From: Mobula hypostoma
Lineage: Eukaryota
DNA length: 64,000 bases
Direction: 5' to 3'
Assembly (NCBI RefSeq): GCF_963921235.1
Contig: NC_086109.1
Coordinates: 18,044,001-18,108,000, forward strand
Shown here: piece by piece, positions 51,160 through 63,822 of the stretch
How the letters are laid out: every line of letters begins with the position of its first letter
Numbering within the stretch: position 1 is the first letter of the stretch
Made by a program: the position numbers and the translations under genes
Notes under the pieces: generated by a model
What the model was told of the DNA's origin: nothing
Database searches by the model: none
The model's input: the letters and a program-made list of their open reading frames with translations, nothing else

Positions 51160-53245
51160 CTGCATTTACCACATTTTGGTAAATCCGATCACTTGGCTGT
51201 CCTTCTCCCACCTATATATGGGCAGAGGCTAAATAGCAAAGCTCCAGAGGTTATGATAACAAAGAAGAGGTTGCAGGAGGCAGAGGAGCGGCCAGCGGAT
51301 TGCTGTGAGTCACTAGACTGGACCGTGTTGAAGAACTCGTCTGCAGATCTGAATGCATACACTGTGGTTGTCATGGACTTCGTTAAAACAGCTCTAGGTG
51401 AGTGTGTACCCAGAAAATCATTCAGAGTATTCTCCAACAAGAGGCCTTGGATGAACCATGAGTTCTGCAATCTGCTGAGGGCCAGATCAGAGACATTCAA
51501 GTCTGGTGACCAAGAAAGTTACCAGAGGTCCAAGTTCGATCTCTGGAAAGCCATTTCACGGGTGGAGTGGCAATTCTGGATTAAACTTGAATCAACAAAG
51601 AATGCTCGATAGATGTGGCAGGGCTTGAATGCTATCACCTCTTATAAAGTTAAATTAAGCGACATGGGTGACAACTGGGTGGTCCAGATGAGCTCAGTGC
51701 CTTCTATGCTCGCTTTGACCATCAAAACATGGAGGAACTAACACGAACTCCCACAGCCCCTGATGATCCTGTGAGGCCAATGAGTGAGCAGCCTTCAGGA
51801 GGGTGAATCCACGAAAAGCATCTGGCCCAGATGGGGTATCTGGCCAAGTACTGTACTGATCGACTGGCTGGAGTGTTCGCTGAGATATTAAACCTCTTGC
51901 TTCAATTATATACCTGGGAAGAATAATGTGAGCTGCCTTAATGACTATCGACCAGAAGCACTCATATCTACAGCGATGAAATGCTTTGAGAGGTTGGTCA
52001 TGACTAGACTGAATTTCTGCCTCAGCTAGGACCTGGGCCCATTGCAATTTCGCTATTGCGACAATAGGTCAATGGCAGACACAATCTCAATGGCTCTTCA
52101 AGTGGCCTTCCATCACCTGGACGATACAAACACCTATTTCAGGTTGCTGTTCATCAACTATAGCTCAGCATTTAACACCATCATTCCCACAATCCTGATT
52201 GATAAGTTACAGAACCTGGGCCGCTGTAACTCCCTCTGCAATTGGAAGACCACAATCTGTGCTGATTGGTGATAATATCTCCTCCTTGCTGATGATCAAC
52301 ATTGTTGCACCTCAGGGGTGTGTGCTTAGCCCACTGCTCTACTCTCTATATACCCATGACTGTCTGGCTAGAAACAGCTCAAATACCATCTATAAATTTG
52401 GTGGTGGAATCTCAGATAGAGACGAGAGGGTGTACACGAGTGAGATATACCAACTAGTTGAGTGGTGTCACAGCAACAACCTTGCACGCAGCATCAGTAA
52501 GATGAAAGAGCTGATTGTGGACTTCAGGAAGGGTAAGACAAAGGAACACATACCAATCCTCATAGAGGGATCAGAAGTGGAGAGAGTGAACAGTTTCAAG
52601 TTCCTGGGTGTCAAGATCTCCGAGGAGCTAACCTAGTCCCAACATAGCGATGCAGCTATAAAGAAGGCAAGGCCATGACTATACTTCATTAGGAGTTTGA
52701 AGAGATTTGGTATGTCAACAAGAGCACTCAAAAACTTCTACAGATGTACTATGGAGAGCATTCTGACAGGCTGAATCACTGTCTGGTATGGGGGTGGGGG
52801 CAACTGCACATGATCGAAGGAAGCTGCAGAGGGTTGTCAATTTAGTCAGCTCCATCTTGGGTACTAGCCTACAAAGTACCCAGGACATCTTCAAGGAGCA
52901 GTGTCCATTATTAAGGACCCCCAGCACCCAGGGCGTGCCTTTTTCTCATTGATACCATCAGGTAGGAGGTACAGAAGCCTGAAGGCACACAGTCAGTGAT
53001 TTAGGAGCAGCTTCTTCCCCTCTGCCACCTGATTCCTAAAGGGACATTGAACCCATGAACACCACCTCACTTTTTCAATATATATCTTATTTCTGTTTTT
53101 GCATGATTTTTAATATCCAATATACATATTCTGTAATTTATTTATTTAATCTTCTATATTATGTATTGTATTGAACTGCTGCTGTAAAGTTAACAAATTT
53201 CATGACACATGCCAGCGATAATAAACGTGATTCTGATTCTGACTC
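51160..53245 (+). mobile_element. Rex1/Babar LINE, long degraded copy
   Basis: [50 protein letters not shown]; (ATTCTG)n tail. Confidence 0.9.
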
Positions 53246-53254
53246 TTTAGCAGT

Positions 53255-54732
53255 CCGAAGTACCTACCTGCTTCAAACAGTCTTGACTTATAGCAGTGCC
53301 AAACGAGAACGTGGTAACCTGCTTCAATGGCTATCGTCCAGTAGCACTTAAATCCACTGTGATGAAATGTTGTGAGAGGTTGGTGATGAAACACATCAAC
53401 CCCTGCCTGAGAAGCGACTTGGATCCACTCCGATTTGCCTACTGGAGCAACAGGTTCACAGCAGATGCCATCTCACTGGCTCTTCACTCAATCCAAGAAC
53501 GTATGGACAGCAAAGATGCATGTATCAGGATGCTCCTTATTGACTTTAACTCAGCATTCAATACCATTATCCTCTCAAAACAAATCAATTAGTGTCAAAA
53601 CCTTGGCCTCAATACCTCCTTGTGCAATTGGATCTTTGATTTCCTCACTTGCAGACCCCAGTCAGTTCGGTTGGCAACATCTCCTCCACAATCTCCATTC
53701 TGCATCAGCACTGATGCACCAGAACTCTGTGTGCTTAGCCTCCTGCTCTGCTCGCTTTACACTTATGACTGTGAGGCTAAGCACAGCTCCAATGCCATAT
53801 TCAATTATGCTGACAACACCACTGCCGTAGGTTGAATCAACGGTGGTGACAGATCAGCATACAGGAAGGAGATGGAAGATCTGGTCAAGTGGTGCCATAA
53901 CAACAACCTGTCACTCAATGTTAGCAAGGAGCTTATTATTGACTTCAGGAGGAGGAAATTAGAGGTCTACGAGCCAGTCCTCATCAGAGGATTAGAGATG
54001 AAGGGGGTCAGCAACTTTAATTTCCTCGGTGATATCATTTTGGAGGACCTGTCCTGGGCACAGCATGAAAGAGCAATTATGGTGAAAGTACTTCCTTAGG
54101 AGTTTGCGAAAATTTGGCATGACATTAAAAACTCAGACAAACCTCTATAGATGTGTAGTGGTATGGAAGCACCAATGCTATTGAAAGGGCAATCCTGAAA
54201 AGTAGTGGACATGGCCCAGTCCATCATGGGCAAAGCCCTCCCTACAATTGAGCACAATTACACAAAGTATTGTCACAGGAAAGCAGCATCCATCATCAGC
54301 AAACCTCATGCTCTCTTCTCAATGCTACCATTCAGAAGAAGGTACAGGAGTATCAGGACTCATACCACCAGGTTCAGGAACAGTTATTAGCCCTCAACCA
54401 TCGGGCTCTTGAACCAAAGGGGATAACTTCACTTGCCTTATCATTGAAATGTTCCCACAACCTATGGACTCACTTTCAAGGACTCTTCATCTCATGGTCT
54501 CGATCTTCATTGCTTATTTATTTATTATTATTATTTCTTTCTTTTTGTATTTGCAGAATTTGTTGTCTTTTGCACACTGGTTGAACACCAAAGCTGATGT
54601 GGCCTTTAATTGATTCTATTATGGTTATTATTCTATTATGGATTTATTGAAAATGCCTGCCAGAAAATGAATGTCAAGATTGTATATGGTGACATATGTG
54701 TACTTTGACAATGCATTTACTTTGACCTTTGA
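53255..54732 (+). mobile_element. Second Rex1/Babar LINE in tandem, degraded
   Basis: YRPVALKSTVMKCCERLV, LDPLRFAY, LIDFNSAFNTI; TTTACTTTGACCTTTGA tail. Confidence 0.9.
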
Positions 54733-56506
54733 AGGATATGGGCACCAAGTTACAAAAGGAGATAGAAAAAGCAAGTAAAAAGGACAATACTGCGATAATC
54801 CGAGGGATTTTAATATACAGGTAGATTGGAAACATTTGGTTGGTGCTGGATCCCAAGGGAGGGAATTTGTAGATTGTCTATGAAATAGCTCTTTAGAGCA
54901 GCTTGTGGTTGAACCCATTAGGGAAATGGCAATTCTGGACTGGGTGTTCTGCAATGAACCAGGTTTGATTAGGAAGTTTAAGGTAAAAGAACCCTTTGGA
55001 GGCGGTGATCATAGTAAGATAGAATTCATCCTGCCGTTTGAGAAGGAGAAGATAAAATCAAATGTATCAGTTTTACAGTGGAGTAAAGGGAATTACAGAA
55101 GCTTGAGAGAGGAGCTGACCAAAGTTGATTGGAAGGGAACACTAGCAGGAATGACGGCGAAACAACATTGGCTGGTGTTTATGGAGGAGATTCAGAAGGT
55201 GCAGGAAAGATACACCCCAAAGATGAAAAATTATTCTAAAGGAGTGACGAGGCATTGTGGCTGGAAAGAGAAATCTCTTTTGCTTTTATGCTGTCTTTGA
55301 CTTCCCTTTTCAGGGCCTATAATACAGTAACAATTATTGGAAGGTGAAGGATTGAGAAGCTTTTTAAAACCAACAGAAGGCAACTAAAAAATCCATAAAG
55401 AGAGAAAAAATAAAGTATGAAAGTAATCTAGCCATTAATATAAAAGAGAATAAAAAGTGTTTCTTCATAATTATAAAGAATAAAAGAAAGGAGAGAATGG
55501 ATATTAGACCATTGTAAAATGAGAATGGAGAGGTAGTAATGGGGCACAAAAAAATGCCAGAGGAACTTCATAAGTATTTTGCCTCATTCTTCACTGTAGA
55601 CAACGCTAGCAGAATGCCAGAAATGTGTGAGTGTCAGGGGGCAGAAGTGAGTGTGGTTGCTATTACTAGGGAGAAGGTGTTTGGGAAGCTGAAAAGCCTG
55701 AAGGTAGATAAGTCACCTGGACCACATGGACTACACCCCAGGATTCTGACAGAGGTTGCTGAGGAGATTATGAAGGCAATAGTAATGATCCTTCAAGAAT
55801 CACTGGATTTGGGAATGATTCCTGAGGACTGGAAAATTGCAAATGTCACTCTGCTCTTTAAGAAGGGAAGGAGGAAGAAGAAAGGAAATGATAGACCTTT
55901 TAGCCTGACTTTGGTGTTTGGAAAGATATCGGAGTCTATTAGTAAGGATAATGTATCAGGCTTCTTGGAGGCATATGATAATATAGGCCAAAGTCAGCAT
56001 GGTTTTCTAAAGGGGACATCTTGCCTGACAAATCTGTTGGAAATCTTTGAGGAAATAACAGGCAAGATAGTCAAAGGAGACTCAATGAATGTTGTTTCTT
56101 TGGATTTTCAGAAGGCCTTTGACAAGGTGCTGCACACGAGGCTGCTTAACAAGGTAAGAGCCCATAACATTACAGGAAAGGAACTAACATGGATAGAAGA
56201 AGATTGGCTGACTGGCAGGAGGTAAAGAGTGGCATTAAAAGAGGTCTTTTGGCTGCCAGTGACTTTTGGTGTGCTGCAGGAGTTGGTGTTGGGACAGCTT
56301 CTCTTCACGTTGTATATGAGTGATTTGGATGGAGGAATTGATGGCTTTGTGAACAGGTTTGCTGACGTATGAAAATAGGTGGAGGGGCAGATAGTGTTAA
56401 TGAATCAGGGTGCCTGCAGAAGGAATTAGATAGATTGGAGGAATGGCAAAGAAGTAGCAGATGGAATATAATGTAGTGAAGTGCATGGTCAATCACTTTG
56501 GCTTCT

Positions 56507-57441
56507 GGAAAAAGATGGTGCCAGAGAACAACGCGACCAAGGCCAACATTCTTCAGATGGTTCACAAAACTACTTCTTTCACTTCTTTTACATCTTCCTT
56601 TTCTTTCAAATGTGGTTCTGCTACTGTTGGAGCCTCGGGTCTATATTTTGATGTCGTATTTTTGGGATGATTGAGCTATCTGGCTCTTTGCTGTCTTCGA
56701 GGGTGTTCAGTGAGGCTTCGAGCGAAGCATGTGGCCTCAAGGCTAAGAAACCTGGAGACAGGGTGTGAGTTCATGATCAACTCCATTTCTTGCTGATCTT
56801 GCCGATTAATGCGACATGAAAGATTGAAATCATTGAGGCGAGAGCAGAGACAAGTGGGTGTTCAGTGCTGTCTACCAGCCTCTTGCTCTCTGCTGCCGGA
56901 AGAAGGTGTCTGCATTTGATAGTCTCTCGCTCTCTCTCTCTCCCTCTCGCTTGCTGCTTCTTGGAGGAAAGTCCCTGTGTTTGAATGGTCCCTCTCCCCA
57001 TCGATGCTGTCGGAAAATGGTGCCTGAGTCTTGGGACTTGGGCAAGGTTTAATTGACGTGATTTTTGGATTGCACTCTTTAGTTCACGTTACGATGTGTT
57101 TCTGGTTTCTGGTCGTTCCTTTTGTTGTTGCTAATTTGTACTATTTTGATCAAGGTGGCCTGCAGAAAATGAATGACACAGCACTGGTCTAAACTGAAAT
57201 GAATTGAACTGAATACCTCTGGACTCTTTTGATGTTGACTTTGTGGGTTAGTGTTTTGTATTCCGTGTTTTTTGTTTGTTTTTTCCCCATTTGTGCGATT
57301 TGTTTTTTTTTTGCGTTGGGGTGAGTGGATATTTATCTTTGAAGCGGATCCATGATTTACTTTGTGGCTCTCTGTGGGAAGATGAATCTCGGGTTTATAT
57401 AATGCATACATACTTTAATAATAAATGTACTTTGAATCTGA
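56507..57441 (+). mobile_element. Non-autonomous family A copy 2
   Basis: AAGATGGTGCCAG start; AATAAATGTACTTTGAATCT end; collinear with 16738-17652. Confidence 0.7.
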
Positions 57442-57699
57442 CTGCCCTATCTATGTCACTGATAATTTTATAAACTATTATCAAATCTCTCCTCCAACTC
57501 CATCACTCCAGAGGTTGCATTCCAAGTTCATCCAACCTCTCCTTATGGTTAAGCTTCAAATTAGCTGTTGGCTGATGCCAAAGGCACTGATTCATAGTAT
57601 CGGTAAGTTTAGTGCCAGGTCACCGTCAGGCAGTGCGACCTCGGGGATTTCCCCTGGAGAATGTCATGGGCTTCCTTCTTGACCCTTTCGCAGCAAACT

Positions 57700-58392
57700 T
57701 CAGATTTGATTAGATTATGAGGACACTCAGTCCTCGTTTATTGTCATTTAGAAATGTGTACATGCATTAAGAAAAGATTCAATGTTCCTCCAGAGTGATA
57801 TCACACAAAAACAGGACAAACCAAAGACTAACACTGAAAAAACCACATAATTATAACATATAGTTATAGCAGTGCCGAACAATATCATAATTTGATAAAG
57901 AACAGACCATGGGCATGGTAAAAAAAAAGTCTCCAGTCCCGATCGACTCCTATAGTCCCCGATAGCAGGCGGCAAAAAGGGAGAAACTCACCTGCCATAA
58001 ACCTCCAGGCACCAACAACTGACAACTGCCAATGCATTGGAAACACCCGACCACAGCTGACTGAGTCCGTCTGAAAACTTCAAGCCTCCGACCAGCCCCT
58101 CCGATACAGCCTCCCGAGCGTCATCCTCTGCCGAGCGTCTTCGACCTCATCCCAGCCGCCAAAACTAGCAAAGCCAAGGACTCAGAGGCCTACTCCTCCG
58201 CAGAATCCGGACCACACAGTACCAGTGGCAGCGAAGCAGGCATTTCAGAAATTTCTCCAGATGTTCCTCTGCGCTCTCACATCTGTCTCCATCAAATCAG
58301 AATTGTGCATGGTGCCCTACTTAAGGAATACAGGTACCATTCCGGAGCAGCCACATGCGCTGTTTCGCGCCGCCATCTTCTCCTCCTCCTCC
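57700..58392 (-). mobile_element. Non-coding non-autonomous retroelement, family B copy 1
   Basis: Minus-strand start GGAGGAGGAGAAGATGGCGGCG; end AATAAACGAGGACTGAGTGTCCTCATAATCTAATC; collinear with 61687-62362. Confidence 0.75.
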
Positions 58393-60039
58393 TTTTATAT
58401 CCCCTTTTCTACTGAAATCTCCTTTTATACTGGTAACATCTGGAGAGGGGATTCAGATTCAGATTTATTTATCACATGTACATCGAAGCATACAGTGAAA
58501 TGCTTTGTTTGTCTTAACACCCAAGACGTGCTGGGGGCCAGCTGCAAAAATGTCACCACACATTCTGTTACTGACATAGCACGCCAACAATGTTCAGCAG
58601 AACAATACAAGCAGCAATAACAACAAAATAAGACAATAGTAAAGTGGGCTCCTTTCCCACCCATCCACTCTCACACTCAGACAGGCCCCCAGCCCCAGAA
58701 CAGGCTGCCTCTAGGCCTCTAGGCCTTTAGGCCTCCAGGCCTCCAGTCCTTAGCCCTGACTTTTCTAACTTGCAGACACTGGGCTACCAACTTCCTGTTG
58801 CTGGCCAGGAATCTATCTGGGATTAAAGAAGGCAGTTGAATTATTATTTTCCATTGGGGTAATTCAACACCCATCTCAGAGCAACTTTCCCTCAAATGTT
58901 CGTACTTTCAATTATGATGCCAGTCACCTCCTTATTTAGAAATAAAAAGGGACCCAAAACATAAACTCACTCAGCTGAGAATTTGCAGTCAGTTTTGCAT
59001 AAGGTGGAATGTCAACTTGCTTCCTTCAAGGACAGTGACATCAAGAATTCTGTCGCAGGAGTTTCTGCTTACTAAAGCTGGCATTGAACTGGAATACACT
59101 GTGGAAGAAATGGACACTATATTGACAATATCCCCAAAATTCATGACCTGAAGCAACTCGGGATAAGGTAATATGGGAGCAGTAGGATGTGTAATTTTTT
59201 CCTCAGTAACTCACGCCATCCTGACTGGAAAATACAATGTCAGACCTTCCTTGTCTAAATCCAGAAATTCTCCACCCAGCGGTATTGCGGGAAGACCTTT
59301 AAGGTAGCTAGGAATGGCAATAAGATTGTGAGAACACCTTGCAAGCATGCTCATAATCCACAAATGCCTTTTAAAAAAGCCTTAAAACTAAAGCTGGAAT
59401 GCCAGAAGCCATTTCATACAAGCAGTAGAAGAAATCTGGAACTCTGTCCCAGTGAGCCAGTGTGCATGGCTGAAGTTAAGGTACTGACTGAACACTTATG
59501 ATATGAGAATGCTAAAGCCGACTTGAAGGACAGAATGTTCTCTCCGCAACAAATTATCTGCTGAAGGAACTCCGGGTTGGGCAGCATTTGTAGGACGAAA
59601 GGAACTATCAGCTTTTCGAGTCGAAACCCTGCACCAGTCAAGATGCAGGGTTACAAATCAGAAGTCAACAATTCCTTTTTTCCCTCTTGGCCCACTGACT
59701 TCCTTCTGCAGACTGGAGAGCAACAACCAATCTCCTGGAGAAACCTAGCAGGTCAAGCTGCATCTGCGGCAGAAAAGGAACTGTCGATGTTGTGACTGAA
59801 AAACTCCGACAATTCCTTTCCTTGTATCTTTTGTGACTCTCTAGAATACTCTGCATTCCTGTTGCGCTGGTTCAGAAAGGCTATCAGCAATTGTAACTGA
59901 AGCAGCACCTTGAGGGTGCATTACCAAACAAAGGATGTTGGGAAGAGTTCAGGATGGGAAATAAAAGAAAAAATCAAAATTAGCTTTTAAAGATAACCTT
60001 AATAGAGGAATGAGAGAGGGATAGACAGACTGAAGGAAG

Positions 60040-60640
60040 TCAACGTTAAAGTAAGTTTATTGTCAAAGTACATATACTACCTTTAGATTCATTTTCTTGC
60101 AGGTATTTGCAGGAAAATAAAGAAATACATTAGAATTTATGAAAAACTATAGATGAACAAAGACTGAGAAACAGCCAGTGGTTAAAAGAAGTCAAATTGT
60201 ACAAATAAAAAATAAATAATACTGAGAACATGAATTGTGGAGCCCTTGAAAGTACATCTGTAGGTTGTGGAATCAGTTCAGAGTTGAGGTGAGTGTGAAG
60301 TTATCCACACCGGTTCAGGATCCTGATAGTTGTAGTGTAATAACTGTCCCTGAACCTAGTGGTGTGGGACCTAAGGCTCTTGTACCTCCTGCCGGATGAT
60401 AATAGAGAGAAGAGACCATGGCCTGGATGGTGGCTGTTGCTTTCTTGTGACAGTGATCGACGTAAATGTACTCATTGGTGAGGAGGGCTTTGCCTGTGAT
60501 GGCTGTGGCTGCATCCATCACTTTACAGTAAGTAGACTTTTATGTTCCTGGGCATTGTTGTTTCCATACCAGGCCATGATGCAACCAGTAAGGATACTCT
60601 CCACTGTGCATCTACATCTGTTTTGGCAAAGGTTTAGATG
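60040..60640 (-). mobile_element. Rex1/Babar 3' fragment
   Basis: CTVESILTGCIMAWYGN; AATAAACTTACTTTAAC tail. Confidence 0.85.
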
Positions 60641-61385
60641 ACATGCTGTGTTTGGTCTTACACTATATGTGCTGGCCCTAAGACAGATTCTCTGATAAAC
60701 TGATGCCAATGGATTTCAACACCCAGAGTTCAGAGAATAGAATCAAAAAGTGGGATAAATCATACAGACCAAAGTTGCTCTGAAATGAAAATAAAGTTGT
60801 TGAGAATATATGATCAGCTTCAGAAAAGAGAAGTGCAGGCTAGCATTTCAAGTGGATTCTCCTCACTAACCTGCGCTGGCTTTTCGTTCAGGCGATCAAA
60901 GCCTCTTCTAGCATCCAACAGATGTTTCGAGGATGCAAAAAATATTTCCTGCCAATGGATTCTGCTAACAGTGCTGCAAAGTGCCCTTTCTTTGCTTTTA
61001 ATGAAATCAGTGGTGGCTGTTTGATCTCGCTCCTGTCAGACAAATGATAGCTCTGTCTCTTCCTCGCTCTCCCACTGACCACTAAAACCCATGGCAACCA
61101 CAACAGTTCCCGATCCCGTGCTGTATTCAACATGAAGATGCAAGAAAACTGACTGATGAGAAAATTGTTACCTATGAAATACCAGGTCCAGAGAAACCAG
61201 AATTCATCCACAAATGTTATTTTACTATAATTCTGCCGTATATTAACTGATTCTGAAAACTAGTGTTGTTGATACGAGCAAATTAATTGCTATTGGATAT
61301 GACCTCTCCCTTCTGCAGAATCATTTTAAAAGGTGATGACCTCCCAAGGCTGAGCTATTTCTAATCCCTGCTATGTTCTCATCTA

Positions 61386-61622
61386 AGCAACACACTCAAA
61401 ATTCTGGAGGAATTCAGCAGGCCAGGCAGCATAGATGGAAAAAAAAGTACAGTCGACATTTTGGGCTGAGACCCTTCAGCAGAAAAAAAGTCCTGCTGAG
61501 GGCCCTCGTCCCGAAACGTTGGCTGTTTACTCTTTTCCATAGATGTTGCCTGGCCTGCTGAGTTCCTCCAGCATTCTGTGTGTGTAGCTTGTATTTTCAG
61601 TATCTGCAGATTTTCTCTTTTT
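61386..61622. mobile_element. Fold-back double-hammerhead mini-element (CTGCTGA variant), 14-bp TSD
   Basis: Arms meet at ~61483-61489; TSD TATGTT(C/T)TCATCTA at 61372-61385 and 61623-61636. Confidence 0.85.
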
Positions 61623-61686
61623 TATGTTTTCATCTACATGTTTTACATATTTTACCTACATTTTTTAGACTACTCCATTCTTCTTT

Positions 61687-62362
61687 TTAGATTATGAGAA
61701 CACTCAGTCCTCTTTTATTGTCATTTAGAAATGCATACATGCATTAAGAAATGATACAATGTTCCTCCAGAGTGATATCACAGAAAACAGGACAAACCAA
61801 AGACTAACAACTGACAGAACCACATAATTATAACATATAGTTACAGCAGTGCAAAACAATACCATAATTTGATAAAGAACAGACCATGGGCATGGTAAAA
61901 AAAAGTCTCAAGTCCTGATCGACTCCCGAGTCCCCGATAGCAGGCGGCAAAAGAGAGAAGCTCCCTGCCATAAACCTCCAAGGCATTGACAACTGCCGAT
62001 GCCTTGGAAGCAGCCGACCACAGCAGACACCGAGTCCGTCTGTCCGAAAACTTCGAGCCTCTGACCAGCCCCTCCGATACAGCCTCCCGAGCGCCATCCT
62101 CTGCCGAGCGCCTTCGACCTAGCCCCGGCCGCCAAAACAAGCAAACCCAAGGATTCGGGGCCTTCTGCTCCGGAGATTCCGGTTACCACACAGTAGCAGC
62201 GGCAGCGAAGCGGGATTTTCAGAAGTTTCTCCAGATGTTCCTCCGTACTCCCACATCTGTTTCCATCAAATCAGAATTGTAGACGGTCCCCTACTTGACA
62301 GATTACAGATATCATTCACTGGAGAGGCCGCGTTTGCTGCGTCCCACCATCTTCTCCTCCTC
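61687..62362 (-). mobile_element. Non-autonomous family B copy 2
   Basis: Collinear with 57700-58392. Confidence 0.75.
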
Positions 62363-63026
62363 CACAGGTGCATTTGGTGCGTTTTGCAAGATTTGATATT
62401 GAACAATGGAGGGCTACGTAGGAGGGAAGGGTTAGATTGAACTTGGAGTAGGTTAAAATTGTGGGCTGAAGGGCCTGCACTCTGTTGTAATGTTCTAAGT
62501 TCTATGGTCTACAATCTCCATTAGGGACTCCTGCAATATGAAATGTAAGAATGTGTAGGAGTAGAGAAAAACAGCACCATCCATCAGACCTTGGAACATC
62601 TTTACTTTGTGAAATAACTTGAGCTTCTTCCCTCAGGCTGTGGGACTAATGAATGCCCTGCCACCCCCGAGGTCTTGTCAGTAGAATACTGAATTGTTTA
62701 CATCTTACCCCTGCTGCATAGTACAAGTATCTTGAATTATATTTTATTAACTTGCTTGTGGTCATATTTTGTTTTATGCACTGTGGGTGATTCAGGGATA
62801 TGTGTTCTGGAGGAATGTTCTCTTGTTTGGTTGTATATACGTACCGTCAGATGACAATAAACTTGAACTTGAATAACTGTAAGTTGTTCACTGACAGGCT
62901 GTCTTAACAGAGGTGTGATGTCATTGGCAGAACTTCCTTGTGTCCTCTCAATGGAACACTAAGCATCTCCCATTATTGTTCCCTCGTGTTGCAATGTCAG
63001 TTTCCCCAGCTTATGCTCATAGCATC

Positions 63027-63274
63027 TGTTACGTTTTGTAACTTCAAAACATTAAACTAATTCAAAGAAAGACACGGGAGTCTGGGACTACGGGTCTAAC
63101 TTCATGTTCACTTTAAGCGAGGTGCGCGTGTGCACGTTGGTAGCAGGATGACATATGCAATTCACACATTTATACATATAATTTGTAATGAAATATTTAA
63201 ATGACAATAATGCTTAACCAACCAATATATATACAAGATTACTCAAATATTAGCTAAATACGGAATTCCCAACA
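63027..63274. mobile_element. Solo LTR, 248 bp, 5-bp TSD
   Basis: TGTT...AACA termini; GCATC at 63022-63026 and 63275-63279. Confidence 0.8.
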
Positions 63275-63479
63275 GCATCATGAGGCCTCAAATAGCGCCA
63301 TGCTACCCTATTTCCAGAACTCACACAAGCTCACAGAATTCCTCCTATCCCTTCTTTCTTCCATATTATTGGTGGCCTTGCCTTCAGTCTTAGAGGCTGT
63401 GGAACTTCCACCATAACTGCAGATGCTGGAAATAGGAAATGAAAGCAGAAAATGCTGATAGAAGGTCTCAGATCTTCAA

Positions 63480-63822
63480 AGGCTTTGCCTTAAAAAAGGT
63501 GGCTTCCATTATTAACAACCCTCATCATCCTGAACTACTATCAGAGAGCAGGCACAGGTACTGAAAGCCACACACTCAGTGTTTTAGGAACAGCTTCTAC
63601 CTCTCCATCGGATTTCTGAACGGACAATGAACCAACCTGTGAACACCACCTGTCTAGTTTTTGGCTCTCTTTTTGCACTAATTATTTAATTTAATTTTAC
63701 GTGCATATTTATAATGGTAATTCATGGTATTTTATGTTTAGTATTGTACCACTGCTGCAATACAACACATTTCACGATAGATGCCAGTGATATTAAACCT
63801 GATTCTGATTCCGATTCTGAAA
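63480..63822 (+). mobile_element. Rex1/Babar 3' end
   Basis: VASIINNPHHP..; ATTAAACCTGATTCTGATTCCGATTCTGA tail. Confidence 0.75.

Larger units (their letters stand above)
49190..56505 (+). mobile_element. Near full-length CR1 (5' UTR, ORF1 zinc finger/leucine zipper + SGNH esterase, ORF2 APE + RT), interrupted by a SINE and two Rex1 copies
   Basis: CSLCGMCEI..PDNYICMKCIKL..VKELELQLDDL; AVVIG../MVCCFPGARI.DV esterase; APE YDVVAIAES, YRPPNSS|DMGTKLQKEIEKA, AILDWVFCN, GDHSKIEF; RT ORF 55539-56225. Confidence 0.88.
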
